NCBI GenBank assembly: GCA_021324545.1
Contig: JAJPIX010000036.1
Location: 1,249 to 65,248, forward strand
Source of the DNA: Alphaproteobacteria bacterium
Lineage (GTDB): Bacteria > Pseudomonadota > Alphaproteobacteria > Micropepsales > Micropepsaceae
Reading direction: 5' to 3'
DNA length: 64,000 nt
Positions within the stretch are counted from its first letter, which is position 1, and each line of letters begins with the position of its first letter. Made by a program: the position numbers and the translations under genes. Of this stretch, positions 1 to 9,076 are shown piece by piece. The notes under the pieces are model-generated. The model did not search any database. It had not been told where the DNA came from and was given only the letters and a program-made list of their open reading frames with translations.

Positions 1-108
1 CTGATACGCGACGGCGGATTCCGCATCGATGATCTGCAGACGATGTATCTTCCCGGAACGCCGCGTTTCGCCGGATTCAATTATTGGGGCGAGGCGCAGA
101 AGCGCTAG
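1..108 (+). CDS. 3' end of a CDS that starts upstream of the window (possibly a class I SAM-dependent methyltransferase)
   Basis: Frame 1 is open from the window edge to TAG 106-108. The tail LIRDGGFRIDDLQTMYLPGTPRFAGFNYWGEAQKR resembles C-termini of small SAM methyltransferases. Only 35 codons are visible. Confidence 0.3.
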   Translation: MIRDGGFRIDDLQTMYLPGTPRFAGFNYWGEAQKR

Positions 109-145
109 GCGGCTGCGCGCAAAACGTCTGAATCAGGCAGGCACG

Positions 146-1311
146 TCAGCTCTCGAGCGGCGCGACAGCCTTGAACGGATCGTCGAGCGAGGGTTGCGGC
201 TGCGTGAACCAGCGCGGGCCCGAATCCGTCATGTGGAAGTGATCTTCCAGCCGGATGCCGAATTTGCCCGGCACCACGATCATGGGCTCGTTGGAAAAGC
301 ACATGCCGGCGGCGAGCGGCGTCTTGTCGCCGCGCACAAGATTGGGCGCTTCATGCACATCGAGCCCGATGCCATGTCCCGTGCGGTGCGGCAGGCCGGG
401 AAGCCTGTAATCGGGACCAAAGCCGTTTGAGCGCTGGCTGGCGCGCGCGGCATGATCCACGCTTTCGCAGGGCGCGCCCAATTTCGCGGCCTCGAAGGCG
501 GCGGCCTGGGATTCCTTCTCCGCCGCCCACACGCTGCGGTATTCCGCCGAGGGTTCGCCGAACACATAAGAGCGCGTGATGTCGGAATTGTAGCCGTCAT
601 ATTGCGTGCCGGTATCGATCAGCACCGCATCGTTTTCCTTCAGCACGCGGTCGGTTTCGCCGCCGTGCGGGAGCGCGGTGTCTTCGCCGAACGAGACGAT
701 GCAAAAGGTGTTCCCTGATCGGCGCCGAGCGCGCGATGCTCGCGGTCGATCAACTGCTCGACTTCGGAGGCACGGATGCCGGCGCGCAGCGATTTCCACG
801 CGCGGCGCTGCACCTCCAGCGTGATGGTTTTCGCATATTGCATGAGCGCGATTTCGGCGGCCGATTTGGAGCGGCGCAGGCGATTGATGAGCGGGCCCGC
901 ATCGGCGAGGCGGGCGGGATCGATGGCGCGCGCAAGGCCGCGATAGGTGAAGAGCGCCACCTGGTCGTCCACCGCGATTCTGGCGCCCGGTCCGATGCGA
1001 TCGGCGATCAGCGCATAGGGATTTTCCTCTTCCTGCCAGGTGAACACATCGCCCGGCAGGGCGATGAGCTGGCCTACCTTGTCGCGCTCGAACCCCGGGC
1101 AGACATATTCCAGCCTGCCATCCACATGCACCAGCGCGCCGGTGAACCGCTCGGAGGGATGCCACACGATGCCGGTGAAATAGCGAAGGCTGGTGGTGGG
1201 GCCGATGAGGACGGCGGCAAGGCCTTCCTTGTCCATCAGGTTGCGGAGCGCGTCCAGACGCTGCCTGCGTTCGTCGGTGCCGATGCGCGGCGGTGGCGTA
1301 AGACTGGTCAT
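146..1311 (-). pseudogene. M24-family Xaa-Pro dipeptidase/aminopeptidase with reading frame broken by a 1-nt shift at the CCC/GGG run 712-714
   Basis: The N-terminal prolidase/creatinase-like domain lies in the frame of ORF 640..1338 (MTSLTPPPRIG...EHRALGADQG). The catalytic domain continues in the frame of ORF 146..1165 (GNTFCIVSFGEDTALPHGG, DTGTQYDGYNSDITRS, HRTGHGIGLDVHE, FSNEPMIV, IRLEDH = M24 metal-ligand motifs). Adding one G to the run gives a single 388-codon ORF. ATG 1309-1311 is preceded by GAGGTG. Confidence 0.6.
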
Positions 1312-1335
1312 AAGCGACACCTCAAAAAGATTTCT

Positions 1336-1443
1336 CACGCGGAGACGCGGAGGATACTTTACTTGCTCTCCTTACAAAGGGGAGGACAGCCGGACCCTTC
1401 TTTTGCCAGGGAGGGGCACTCCGCGCCTCCGCGTCTCCGCGTG
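1336..1443. repeat. 108-bp palindromic intergenic element (REP/RIME/MITE-like)
   Basis: CACGCGGAGACGCGGAGG at 1336-1353 has its exact reverse complement at 1426-1443. The 72-nt interior carries an imperfect hairpin, CTCTCCTTACAAAGGGGAG. The core resembles the element at 60459-60594. Confidence 0.6.
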
Positions 1444-1449
1444 TAAAAA

Positions 1450-2073
1450 TTACCGGCTCATCAGCTGGTAGGGGCCGCCTTTCTCGAGCGCGGCCCTGTA
1501 GGCAGGGCGGGCATGAATGGCATCGCGATAGCGCATCAGGTTGCGATAGGGCTCAAGCCGCCGGCCGGCCGCTTCGCAGACAAAGATCAGCATGATGTCC
1601 ACGCCGCTGAGGCTGTTGCCGACAAAGAAGTCGTTCCTGCCGAGCGCGCCATCCATGTAGAGCAGATGGTTGGCGATTTCGCTGTCGATGCGGGGCTTGA
1701 GCGGCGCCGCCGCGTCGCCCAGCATGGAGGCATAAAGCGCCAGCAGGAGCGGCAGCATCGCCGAGCCTTCGGCGAAATGCATCCATTCCACATATTTCCA
1801 GTAATCGGCGCTGCCCGGCCCGGGCTTGAGCCGGCCCTTGCCATAGGTATCGATCAGATATTCGACGATGGCGCCGGATTCGGCGATGGTCCTGCCGTTG
1901 TCTTCGATCACCGGCGACTTGCCCAGCGGATGCACATTCTTCAGTTCCGGCGGCGCCAGCGGGATGGGACTCATCCGCTGGTATTTCGCAATCTCATAGG
2001 GCACGCCCAGCTCTTCGAGCAGCCACAGGATGCGCTGCGAGCGGGAATTGTTGAGGTGATGGAGTTTGATCAT
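1450..2073 (-). CDS. glutathione S-transferase
   Basis: 207 codons from ATG 2071-2073. Thioredoxin-like N-domain (HPLGKSPVIEDNGRTIAESGAIVEYL) plus helical C-domain. The start overlaps the GNAT stop (ATGA). Confidence 0.85.
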   Translation of the reverse strand: MIKLHHLNNSRSQRILWLLEELGVPYEIAKYQRMSPIPLAPPELKNVHPLGKSPVIEDNGRTIAESGAIVEYLIDTYGKGRLKPGPGSADYWKYVEWMHFAEGSAMLPLLLALYASMLGDAAAPLKPRIDSEIANHLLYMDGALGRNDFFVGNSLSGVDIMLIFVCEAAGRRLEPYRNLMRYRDAIHARPAYRAALEKGGPYQLMSR

Positions 2074-2684
2074 CGTGGCCTCCGCCACATGGGCCAGATT
2101 TTGGGACCGCCGGGGACCGCGATCTCGCCCGTCACTTCGAAGCCGAAAGAACGGTAGATCGGGATGTTGGTTTCCTTGCTCGATTCCAGATAGCAGGGCA
2201 GGCGTTTGGCATCCACATCCGCCAGCCGGTCGCGCATGATGGCGCTGCCGAACCCCTTGCCCTGAAGCGCGGGATCGGTGCCGATGGTCTGCAGATACCA
2301 GTGCGGCTCTTTGGGATGGATTTTCTCCATCATGTCCATGGTGGCCATCACGCGCAACACGCCGAGGCCGAAAATCGAGAGCAGTTGGGGGGCGTTGGTG
2401 AGATAGGCCGTGAACGGCACATGCCACCGGTTGGGCGGCCGCCACAGCGTGACCGATTCGCAGGCGCCGGTGACGAAGCAGGATTTGTGCGGCATCCCGA
2501 GCTTCAGCAGGATGCGGAACACGCGCGCAAGCCGGGCGGTGCGCGTGGCGCCGTCGGGCAGGAAATGCGTCATCACCGGGTCGTCATGGAACGCCCGCCC
2601 CAGCGTCTGCGCCGCCGGTTCGACATCGGCCGCGGACACGGCGCGCACGCTTGCGTTCTTCCCCCGGGCTTCCGCTTGCGGCAT
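2070..2684 (-). CDS. GNAT-family N-acetyltransferase
   Basis: 204 codons from ATG 2682-2684. Acetyl-CoA pocket region LQTIGTDPALQGKGFGSAIM and YRSFGFE. ATGA overlaps at both ends. Confidence 0.8.
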   Translation of the reverse strand: MPQAEARGKNASVRAVSAADVEPAAQTLGRAFHDDPVMTHFLPDGATRTARLARVFRILLKLGMPHKSCFVTGACESVTLWRPPNRWHVPFTAYLTNAPQLLSIFGLGVLRVMATMDMMEKIHPKEPHWYLQTIGTDPALQGKGFGSAIMRDRLADVDAKRLPCYLESSKETNIPIYRSFGFEVTGEIAVPGGPKIWPMWRRPR

Positions 2685-3859
2685 CAGCGGTTCAGCTCCC
2701 GCATTGCGGCGTCGAGGCCGCCCAAGGTGAGCGGGAACATGCGGCCCGACAGGATCTGCTGGATGAGGCCGATGGACGGCGTGTACTCCCAGTGCTTTTC
2801 GGCCACGGGATTGAGCCAGACGATGTGCTCGTAAATCTGCGCCACGCGGTCCAGCCACACCGCGCCGGCTTCCTCGTTCCAGTGCTCGACCGAGCCGCCG
2901 GGATAGGTGATTTCGTATGGCGACATGGTGCCATCGCCCACGAATATGATTTTGTAGTCGTGCGGATATTTGTGCAGCACGTCCCAGGTCGGGATCTTTT
3001 CGTTATGGCGGCGGCGGTTGTCTTTCCACACCGCCTCGTAAAGGCAGTTGTGGAAGTAGAAGAAATCCATGTGCTTGAATTCGGTTCTGGCGGCGCTGAA
3101 CAGCTCTTCGCACAGCTTGACATGCGCATCCATCGAGCCGCCGATATCGAAGAAGAGCAGCACCTTCACCGTGTTGTGGCGCTCGGGAATGAGCCTGAGG
3201 TCCAGATAACCCTTGTTGGCCGTGTCCTTGATGGTGCCGGGCAGATCGAGCTCGGTTTCCGCCCCTTCGCGCGCCCATTTGCGCAGGCGCCTGAGCGCCA
3301 CCTTGATGTTGCGCGTGCCGAGCTCGACCGAATCGTCCAGGTTTTTGTATTCGCGCCTGTCCCACACCTTGACCGCGCGGCCATGGCGGGATTTGTCCTG
3401 CCCGATGCGCACGCCTTCCGGATTGTAGCCATAGGCGCCGAAGGGCGAGGTGCCGGCGGTGCCGATCCATTTGCTGCCGCCTTCATGGCGCTTTTTCTGT
3501 TCCTCGAGGCGCTGCTTGAGCGTCTCCATCAGCTTTTCCCAGCCGCCCAGCGCCTCGATCTGCTTCTTTTCTTCTTCGGTCAGGTATTTTTCGGTGAGCG
3601 CCTTGAGCCAGTCTTCGGGGATTTGCGCGAGCAGCGAGGCATCGAGCCCTTCCAGCCCCTTGAACACATGGCCGAAGACGCGGTCGAACTTGTCGAGATT
3701 GCGCTCGTCCTTCACCAGCGCCGCGCGCGAAAGATAATAGAAGTCATCGATCTTCATCCCGATGACGTTCTTGTCCAGCGCATCCATCAGCGCCAGATAT
3801 TCCTTCAGCGTGACGGGAATGCGCGCCGAACGAAGCTCGTCGAAGAACCGGAAGAACAT
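2684..3859 (-). CDS. VWA domain protein, CoxE-like (MoxR partner type)
   Basis: 391 codons. N-terminus MFFRFFDELRSARIPVTLKEY is typical of CoxE-type VWA proteins. The C-terminal VWA fold has the MIDAS-like motif FFDIGGSMD. Confidence 0.85.
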   Translation of the reverse strand: MFFRFFDELRSARIPVTLKEYLALMDALDKNVIGMKIDDFYYLSRAALVKDERNLDKFDRVFGHVFKGLEGLDASLLAQIPEDWLKALTEKYLTEEEKKQIEALGGWEKLMETLKQRLEEQKKRHEGGSKWIGTAGTSPFGAYGYNPEGVRIGQDKSRHGRAVKVWDRREYKNLDDSVELGTRNIKVALRRLRKWAREGAETELDLPGTIKDTANKGYLDLRLIPERHNTVKVLLFFDIGGSMDAHVKLCEELFSAARTEFKHMDFFYFHNCLYEAVWKDNRRRHNEKIPTWDVLHKYPHDYKIIFVGDGTMSPYEITYPGGSVEHWNEEAGAVWLDRVAQIYEHIVWLNPVAEKHWEYTPSIGLIQQILSGRMFPLTLGGLDAAMRELNR

Positions 3860-3940
3860 GGCAGGCGCCCGATAGCGGTTGGCGCCAGTCTAGGGCCGTT
3901 GCGCCGCAATTGCGAGCGCAGCGGACGGGACAGGGGTTTT

Positions 3941-4492
3941 TCAGCCGTTGGTCAGCGTGGAGCAATAAAGCGCAAAGGCGCGGTCGGGCATTTCATGGCC
4001 CAATTGGGTGACGCTGCAATCCACCAGATAGCCGTTTCGATCCACCGTCACCGTCACGCGGCCGCCGCCCGTGCGCCGGCTGATGCCCGTGCGCATCAGC
4101 ATGGGCGGGGCGGAGCCATCGGTTGCCATCAGCTTCTTGTCGTTTTCCGCGGTGGCTTCGTCGTCGCCCCAGCCTTCGAGATATCTGCGCACGCGGATGG
4201 CGCCGGTGCGGCCGGCGCCGTCGGTGTACACGCAGACGCCCAGGACATTGGGCCGGTCGGGCGAAGGCCCGATCAGGTTGTCCATGGTGTAGCCCTGGAA
4301 GGATTTGGGGCAGAGCACGCCGGAATCGGCCTGCTTGAAGGACCCGTCGAGATTGCGCGACCAGCCCGCGGGAATGCTGTTGCCGGCAAGATTGGACATG
4401 AGCGTGGACAGCGGAAACTGGTTGTCCTGCGCGCACACCGCCGATGAAAACGCCATCGCGGCCGCGGCCGCGCCAACAAGCGCCAAACGCAT
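3941..4492 (-). CDS. exported hypothetical protein, paralogue of 4611..5171
   Basis: 183 codons from ATG 4490-4492, preceded by GGGAGGGG. Signal peptide MRLALVGAAAAAMAFSSAVCA/QD. Shares SG[LV][VL]CP, C.Y and NG[WY].V[ED] landmarks with the neighbouring gene. No family recognised. Confidence 0.65.
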   Translation of the reverse strand: MRLALVGAAAAAMAFSSAVCAQDNQFPLSTLMSNLAGNSIPAGWSRNLDGSFKQADSGVLCPKSFQGYTMDNLIGPSPDRPNVLGVCVYTDGAGRTGAIRVRRYLEGWGDDEATAENDKKLMATDGSAPPMLMRTGISRRTGGGRVTVTVDRNGYLVDCSVTQLGHEMPDRAFALYCSTLTNG

Positions 4493-4610
4493 GAAACGCC
4501 CCTCCCGAAATTGCCCTTGGGCGCAAATCCTAACCGGGGCGGCGGCAACAGGGAAGAAGGACGCCAAAGCCTGCTTAGCGGGACGCTAACAGGCGCTTGC
4601 GGCGCCCCGC

Positions 4611-5171
4611 CTATCGCGCCGCAATCCCGGTTTGCGCGGCGGTATAGACATTTTTCAGAAATTCGCGCTCAACGGGGGCATCGCGCGGATCGGCGAATTC
4701 GATCGTCGTCTCCACCGCCCAGCCGTTGACGGCGGCGCCCGTGAACAAAACCCGGTAGCTCAGATCTTCGAGCGTCGCGGTCTGATAGGTGCGCGTGTAG
4801 ATGACAAGCGGCGAGGATTTGTCGAGCCTGACCGTCGCTTCGCCGATCTTCTTGCCGCCGGTGCCTTCCTGCTCGCTGAACTCGGCGGCAAAGGCGGACA
4901 GCGGATCATAGGGGCCCGCAAGCCTGGCGATGGTGATGGTGCCATAGACCCCGTCCAGCGCAGAATAGGCGCAGAAGGCCGTGCCGGATTCCGGATCGGA
5001 CTCGCCCACCGCGTCGCGTTCGAACAGCCCGATGTGCAGCGGGCAGACCAGGCCGGACGCCACATGAACCTTCGCGCCATCCTTGCCGTCGGCGAACACG
5101 TCAGGTGCGGTGTTCTGGGCCTGCGCGGGAAGCGCAAGCGCCAGGGCAACAAGGCAAAGAACGCGGCGCAT
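4611..5171 (-). CDS. exported hypothetical protein, paralogue of 3941..4492
   Basis: 186 codons. ATG 5169-5171 overlaps the MoxR stop (ATGA). Signal peptide MRRVLCLVALALALPAQA/QN. No family recognised. Confidence 0.65.
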   Translation of the reverse strand: MRRVLCLVALALALPAQAQNTAPDVFADGKDGAKVHVASGLVCPLHIGLFERDAVGESDPESGTAFCAYSALDGVYGTITIARLAGPYDPLSAFAAEFSEQEGTGGKKIGEATVRLDKSSPLVIYTRTYQTATLEDLSYRVLFTGAAVNGWAVETTIEFADPRDAPVEREFLKNVYTAAQTGIAAR

Positions 5172-6019
5172 CAGCTTCTGCTCTCGCGCCGCGCCAGAAA
5201 CGCCAGCCGCTCGAACAGATGCACGTCCTGCTCGTTCTTCAGCAGCGCGCCATGCAGGGGCGGAATGAGCCGGGTGGGATCCTTCTCGCGCAGGGCTTCG
5301 GGCGGAATGTCTTCGTTGAGGAGCAGCTTCAGCCAGTCCAGCAATTCGCTGGTGGACGGCTTCTTCTTGAGCCCGGGCACGTCGCGCAGCTGATAGAAGA
5401 CGTTGAGCGCTTCGCTCACCAGCTTCTGCTTGATGTCGGGATAATGCACGTCCACGATCTTCTGCATCGTCTCCCGGTCCGGAAACTTGATGTAATGGAA
5501 GAAGCAGCGGCGCAGGAACGCGTCGGGCAGTTCCTTTTCGTTGTTGGAGGTGATCATCACGATCGGCCGCTGGCGCGCCTTGACCGTTTCGCCCGTCTCG
5601 TAAACGAAGAATTCCATCCGGTCGAGCTCGAGCAGAAGGTCGTTGGGAAATTCGATGTCGGCCTTGTCGATCTCGTCGATCAGGAGCACGGGGCGCGCGG
5701 GCGAATCGAACGCGTCCCACAGCTTGCCGCGCTTGATGTAGTTCTTCACGTCCTTGACGCGCTCATCGCCCAGCTGGCTGTCGCGCAGGCGCGTCACCGC
5801 GTCATATTCGTAAAGGCCCTGCTGGGCCTTGGTGGTGGACTTGATGTGCCAGGTGATGAGCGGGGCCTTCAGCGCATCGGCCACCTCGTAGGCGAGCTGG
5901 GTCTTGCCGGTGCCCGGCTCGCCCTTGATGAGGAGCGGCCGCTCCAGCGTGATGGACGCGTTGACCGCGATCCTGAGATCGTCGGTTGCGACATAACGGT
6001 CGGTGCCTTCAAAACGCAT
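5171..6019 (-). CDS. MoxR-class AAA+ ATPase
   Basis: 282 codons. Walker A GEPGTGKT, Walker B LLIDEIDK, and ITSNNEKELPDAFLRRC sensor/arginine region. Confidence 0.9.
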   Translation of the reverse strand: MRFEGTDRYVATDDLRIAVNASITLERPLLIKGEPGTGKTQLAYEVADALKAPLITWHIKSTTKAQQGLYEYDAVTRLRDSQLGDERVKDVKNYIKRGKLWDAFDSPARPVLLIDEIDKADIEFPNDLLLELDRMEFFVYETGETVKARQRPIVMITSNNEKELPDAFLRRCFFHYIKFPDRETMQKIVDVHYPDIKQKLVSEALNVFYQLRDVPGLKKKPSTSELLDWLKLLLNEDIPPEALREKDPTRLIPPLHGALLKNEQDVHLFERLAFLARRESRS

Positions 6020-6110
6020 GAAATTCTATTTTCCGGATGGCGGTTGCGGCAAGGCTATGGGCAGGCTACCGGCTTCGCAAGAGCGGCAATCTTTTGCTAG
6101 ATTTGGGCCC

Positions 6111-7127
6111 ATGCAGACAATCGCACCGGAAACGCTCTCCGCGAGCCTTTATCGCGACCCCGCGGTGTTCGAAACCGAGCGCCGCCATATCTTTGCGCGC
6201 ACCTGGCTTCTGTTCGCCCATGAATGCCAGCTGCCGGAGCCCGGCTCCTATCTTGCCCAAACCGTGGCCGGCTATCCCCTGATCGCCGTGCGCGGCGAAG
6301 ACGGGCAGGTCCGCGCCTTCCACAACGTCTGCCGCCACCGGGCGGGGCCTTTGGCAAGGGACGGGCAGGGCAAATGCGAGCATCAGCTTGTGTGCCTTTA
6401 TCACGGCTGGCGCTATGCCCTGGACGGGCGGCTTGCGAGCGCCCGCGACTTCGGGCCCGCCGCCGGCTTCGACCCGCGCGACTATGCGCTGGTGCCGCTC
6501 AAATGCGAGAACTGGCGCGGCTTCATTTTCGTGAACATGGACCAGGACGCCGAACCGTTCACCCAGGTTGCCGCCTCGCTGGAAATGCGCATGAAGCATC
6601 TGCCGATCGCCAGGTTCACGAAAGTGCGCACCTCCACCCACGACATGAAGTGCAACTGGAAGACCTATGTCGAAAATTATCTGGAGGGCTATCACATTCC
6701 GGTGCTGCACCCTTCGCTTTCGGCATCGCTGGCCAGGGACTACGGCACCGAGCTCGATCCGCCCGCCATCTTCTATCGCGCAACGCCGCAGAAGGGCGCC
6801 GCCGTGGCCGGGCTTTGGGCATGGCTGTGGCCCTGCCTTGGCGTGAATGTCTATGCCGACGGCATCCTGATGGAGCGGATGTGGCCGCTCGACTATCAGC
6901 ACACGCGCCTCGATTACCTCTATCTCTTCGCCGAGGACGCAAGCGAGGCGGAAATCGCCCGTCAGGTGCAGCAATCGCTGGTGACGACCGCGGAAGACAT
7001 TTTCATCTGCGAGGCCGTGCAGCGCAATCTGGATGCCGGCATATACGACACCGGCCGGCTTTCGCCCCGCCATGAATCGGGAATCGCCTGGTTCCAGCGC
7101 GAAGTCGCCCGGGCGCTCGGCAATTGA
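6111..7127 (+). CDS. Rieske [2Fe-2S] non-haem iron oxygenase, alpha-subunit type
   Basis: ATG 6111. Rieske motif CRHRAGPL...CLYHGWRY. Catalytic-domain iron-ligand region ENYLEGYHIPVLH. The ORF-track start at 6003 is probably an upstream extension. Confidence 0.85.
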   Translation: MQTIAPETLSASLYRDPAVFETERRHIFARTWLLFAHECQLPEPGSYLAQTVAGYPLIAVRGEDGQVRAFHNVCRHRAGPLARDGQGKCEHQLVCLYHGWRYALDGRLASARDFGPAAGFDPRDYALVPLKCENWRGFIFVNMDQDAEPFTQVAASLEMRMKHLPIARFTKVRTSTHDMKCNWKTYVENYLEGYHIPVLHPSLSASLARDYGTELDPPAIFYRATPQKGAAVAGLWAWLWPCLGVNVYADGILMERMWPLDYQHTRLDYLYLFAEDASEAEIARQVQQSLVTTAEDIFICEAVQRNLDAGIYDTGRLSPRHESGIAWFQREVARALGN

Positions 7128-7191
7128 CGCCGTCAACCATGGCAGAGCCTGTCCTTGTGCGCCTGCAGGCGATTGGCGATAAGCTTGCCGG

Positions 7192-9042
7192 ATGAGCGAC
7201 GCCGCCACAGCCCAGACAAGCCCGCAGATCCGCTCGCTGTTGCAGCAGGCGCTCGATCACCTGAACAGGAACGAGCTCACCCAGTGCGAAGCCGCGCTCA
7301 ACCGCGTGATGGCGGAAAATCCGGACGAGCCCGATGCATTGCAGCTGATGGGCCTGGTGCGCCGCACGCAGGGCTTTCTGCCGGAAGCGGAAGACTATTA
7401 CCGCCGCTCGCTGGCCGCCCGCCCCGAACAGCCGCATGTGCACAACAATCTGGGCAATCTCTATCGCGCGATGAACCGTTTCGAGGAGGCGGTGGCGGCC
7501 TACGATCAGGCGATCCGATACAAGCCGAATTTCGCGGAAGCCCATCTGAACCGCGGGCTTGCGCTGCACACGCTGGGACGCAGCGAAGAAGCCGAGAAAG
7601 CCTATCGCCAGGCGCTTCGCATCCAGCCCAATTACCTGTTTGCGATGCAAAGCCTGGGCGCGCTTCTGAACGATCTGAAGCGCCCGAAGGAAGCCGAACG
7701 GATTTTGCGCCAGGCCATCGCGGCCGGATCGAAAAATCCGCGGCAGGTCGCGGCGCTGGAGCATAATCTCGGCGTGTCGCTGAAGATGCAGCGCCGATAC
7801 GATGAGGCGCTGGCGCTTTACGACAGCGCGCAGGCCCGCGTGCCCGACATGCCGGCGGTGGAATTCAACCGCGCGGCCACCCTGCAGCAGATGGGCCGTT
7901 ATGACGAAGCCATCGCCGCCTATCGCCGGGCCCTGATGGCCGACCCTGTCAATCCCCGGATTCACGACGATCTGAACCAGCTGCTTTACCGGCTCAAGCG
8001 CGATGACGAATTCCTGAAGTCGTATGACGACGCCGAGGCGGTCTATCCGGGCGCGCCGGTGCTTTCGCTGGGCCGCGCCGACTTTCTTTTGCGCACGCAG
8101 CGTTACGAGGAAGCGCGCGCGGCTTACGGGCGGGTGGCGGAACAATTCCCCGATATCGTGTTCGCCTGGGACGGGCTGGCGCTTGCCGAAACCTATCTGC
8201 ACAACTTCGGTGCGGCCATCGCCGCGCACGAGACTTCGCTCAAGCTCAATCCGGCCAATCCCGCCGCCTGGTGCAACTACGCGATGACCTTCATCGCCGC
8301 GGGCGAGCAGGAACGGGCGATCCGGGCCTGCGAGGAGGCGCTGAAGCGCGATCCGCATCACCAGAATTCGCTGGCGCTTCTGGGCACGGCCTGGCGGCTT
8401 TCGGGCGACGGGCGCGACGAAGCGCTGAACGATTATGAGAATTTCGTGCAGGTTTTCGAGATCGAGCCGCCGGCGGGATACAGCGACGTGGAATCCTTCA
8501 ACCGGGATCTCAACGCCTATCTGGACCGCCTGCACCGCGACAAGCGCGAAATGCTGGACCAGACGCTGCGCGGCGGCACCCAGACGCTGGACGACGTATT
8601 CGGTGCGGGCCACCAGCCCGTCGAAGCCCTGCGCGCGGAAATCGACAAGGCGGTCGGCGCCTATATCGCCCGGCTGAAGGAGATGGCCGATCACCCCCTG
8701 CTCGGGCGCAAGGCAAGAAGCTTCGCCTATTCCGGCTCGTGGTCCTCAAGGCTCTACGATTGCGGCTATCACACCAATCATGTGCATCCGAAAGGCTGGA
8801 TCAGCTCGGCCTATTACGTGGCGCTGCCCGAAACGGTGAGCGATACGCAGGGCAGGCAGGGCTGGATCAAATTCGGCGAGCCGGGGGTGGAAACGCCGCC
8901 GATGAAAGACGCGATCCGGCGCGTCATCCAGCCGAAGGCCGGCCGGCTTGTGCTGTTTCCGTCCTACATGTGGCACGGCACCGTGCCGTTCCATTCGCAG
9001 AACGCGCGCACCACCATCGCCTTCGACGTGGTGCCGCGCTAG
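7192..9042 (+). CDS. TPR-repeat protein with C-terminal putative 2OG-Fe(II) oxygenase-like domain
   Basis: 616 codons. Many 34-residue TPR-like repeats over about 400 aa. The C-terminal part has HTNHVHPKGWISSAYYVALP and GRLVLFPSYMWHGTVPF (double-stranded beta-helix signature, TIGR02466-like). Confidence 0.8.
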   Translation: MSDAATAQTSPQIRSLLQQALDHLNRNELTQCEAALNRVMAENPDEPDALQLMGLVRRTQGFLPEAEDYYRRSLAARPEQPHVHNNLGNLYRAMNRFEEAVAAYDQAIRYKPNFAEAHLNRGLALHTLGRSEEAEKAYRQALRIQPNYLFAMQSLGALLNDLKRPKEAERILRQAIAAGSKNPRQVAALEHNLGVSLKMQRRYDEALALYDSAQARVPDMPAVEFNRAATLQQMGRYDEAIAAYRRALMADPVNPRIHDDLNQLLYRLKRDDEFLKSYDDAEAVYPGAPVLSLGRADFLLRTQRYEEARAAYGRVAEQFPDIVFAWDGLALAETYLHNFGAAIAAHETSLKLNPANPAAWCNYAMTFIAAGEQERAIRACEEALKRDPHHQNSLALLGTAWRLSGDGRDEALNDYENFVQVFEIEPPAGYSDVESFNRDLNAYLDRLHRDKREMLDQTLRGGTQTLDDVFGAGHQPVEALRAEIDKAVGAYIARLKEMADHPLLGRKARSFAYSGSWSSRLYDCGYHTNHVHPKGWISSAYYVALPETVSDTQGRQGWIKFGEPGVETPPMKDAIRRVIQPKAGRLVLFPSYMWHGTVPFHSQNARTTIAFDVVPR

Positions 9043-9076
9043 GCTTCCCCGCGCAACGGGCGCCCGGGGGATCGCC

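Noticed and set aside
2651-4447. 598-codon plus-strand ORF
   Set aside because: It is antisense to the VWA gene and the exported paralogue, which have clear family features. Its composition is Arg/Ala/Gly/His-rich with no motif, as expected for stop-poor antisense frames in GC-rich DNA.
7003-8694. 563-codon minus-strand ORF
   Set aside because: It is antisense to the TPR/2OG-oxygenase-like gene. It has no motifs and the typical GC-rich shadow-ORF composition.
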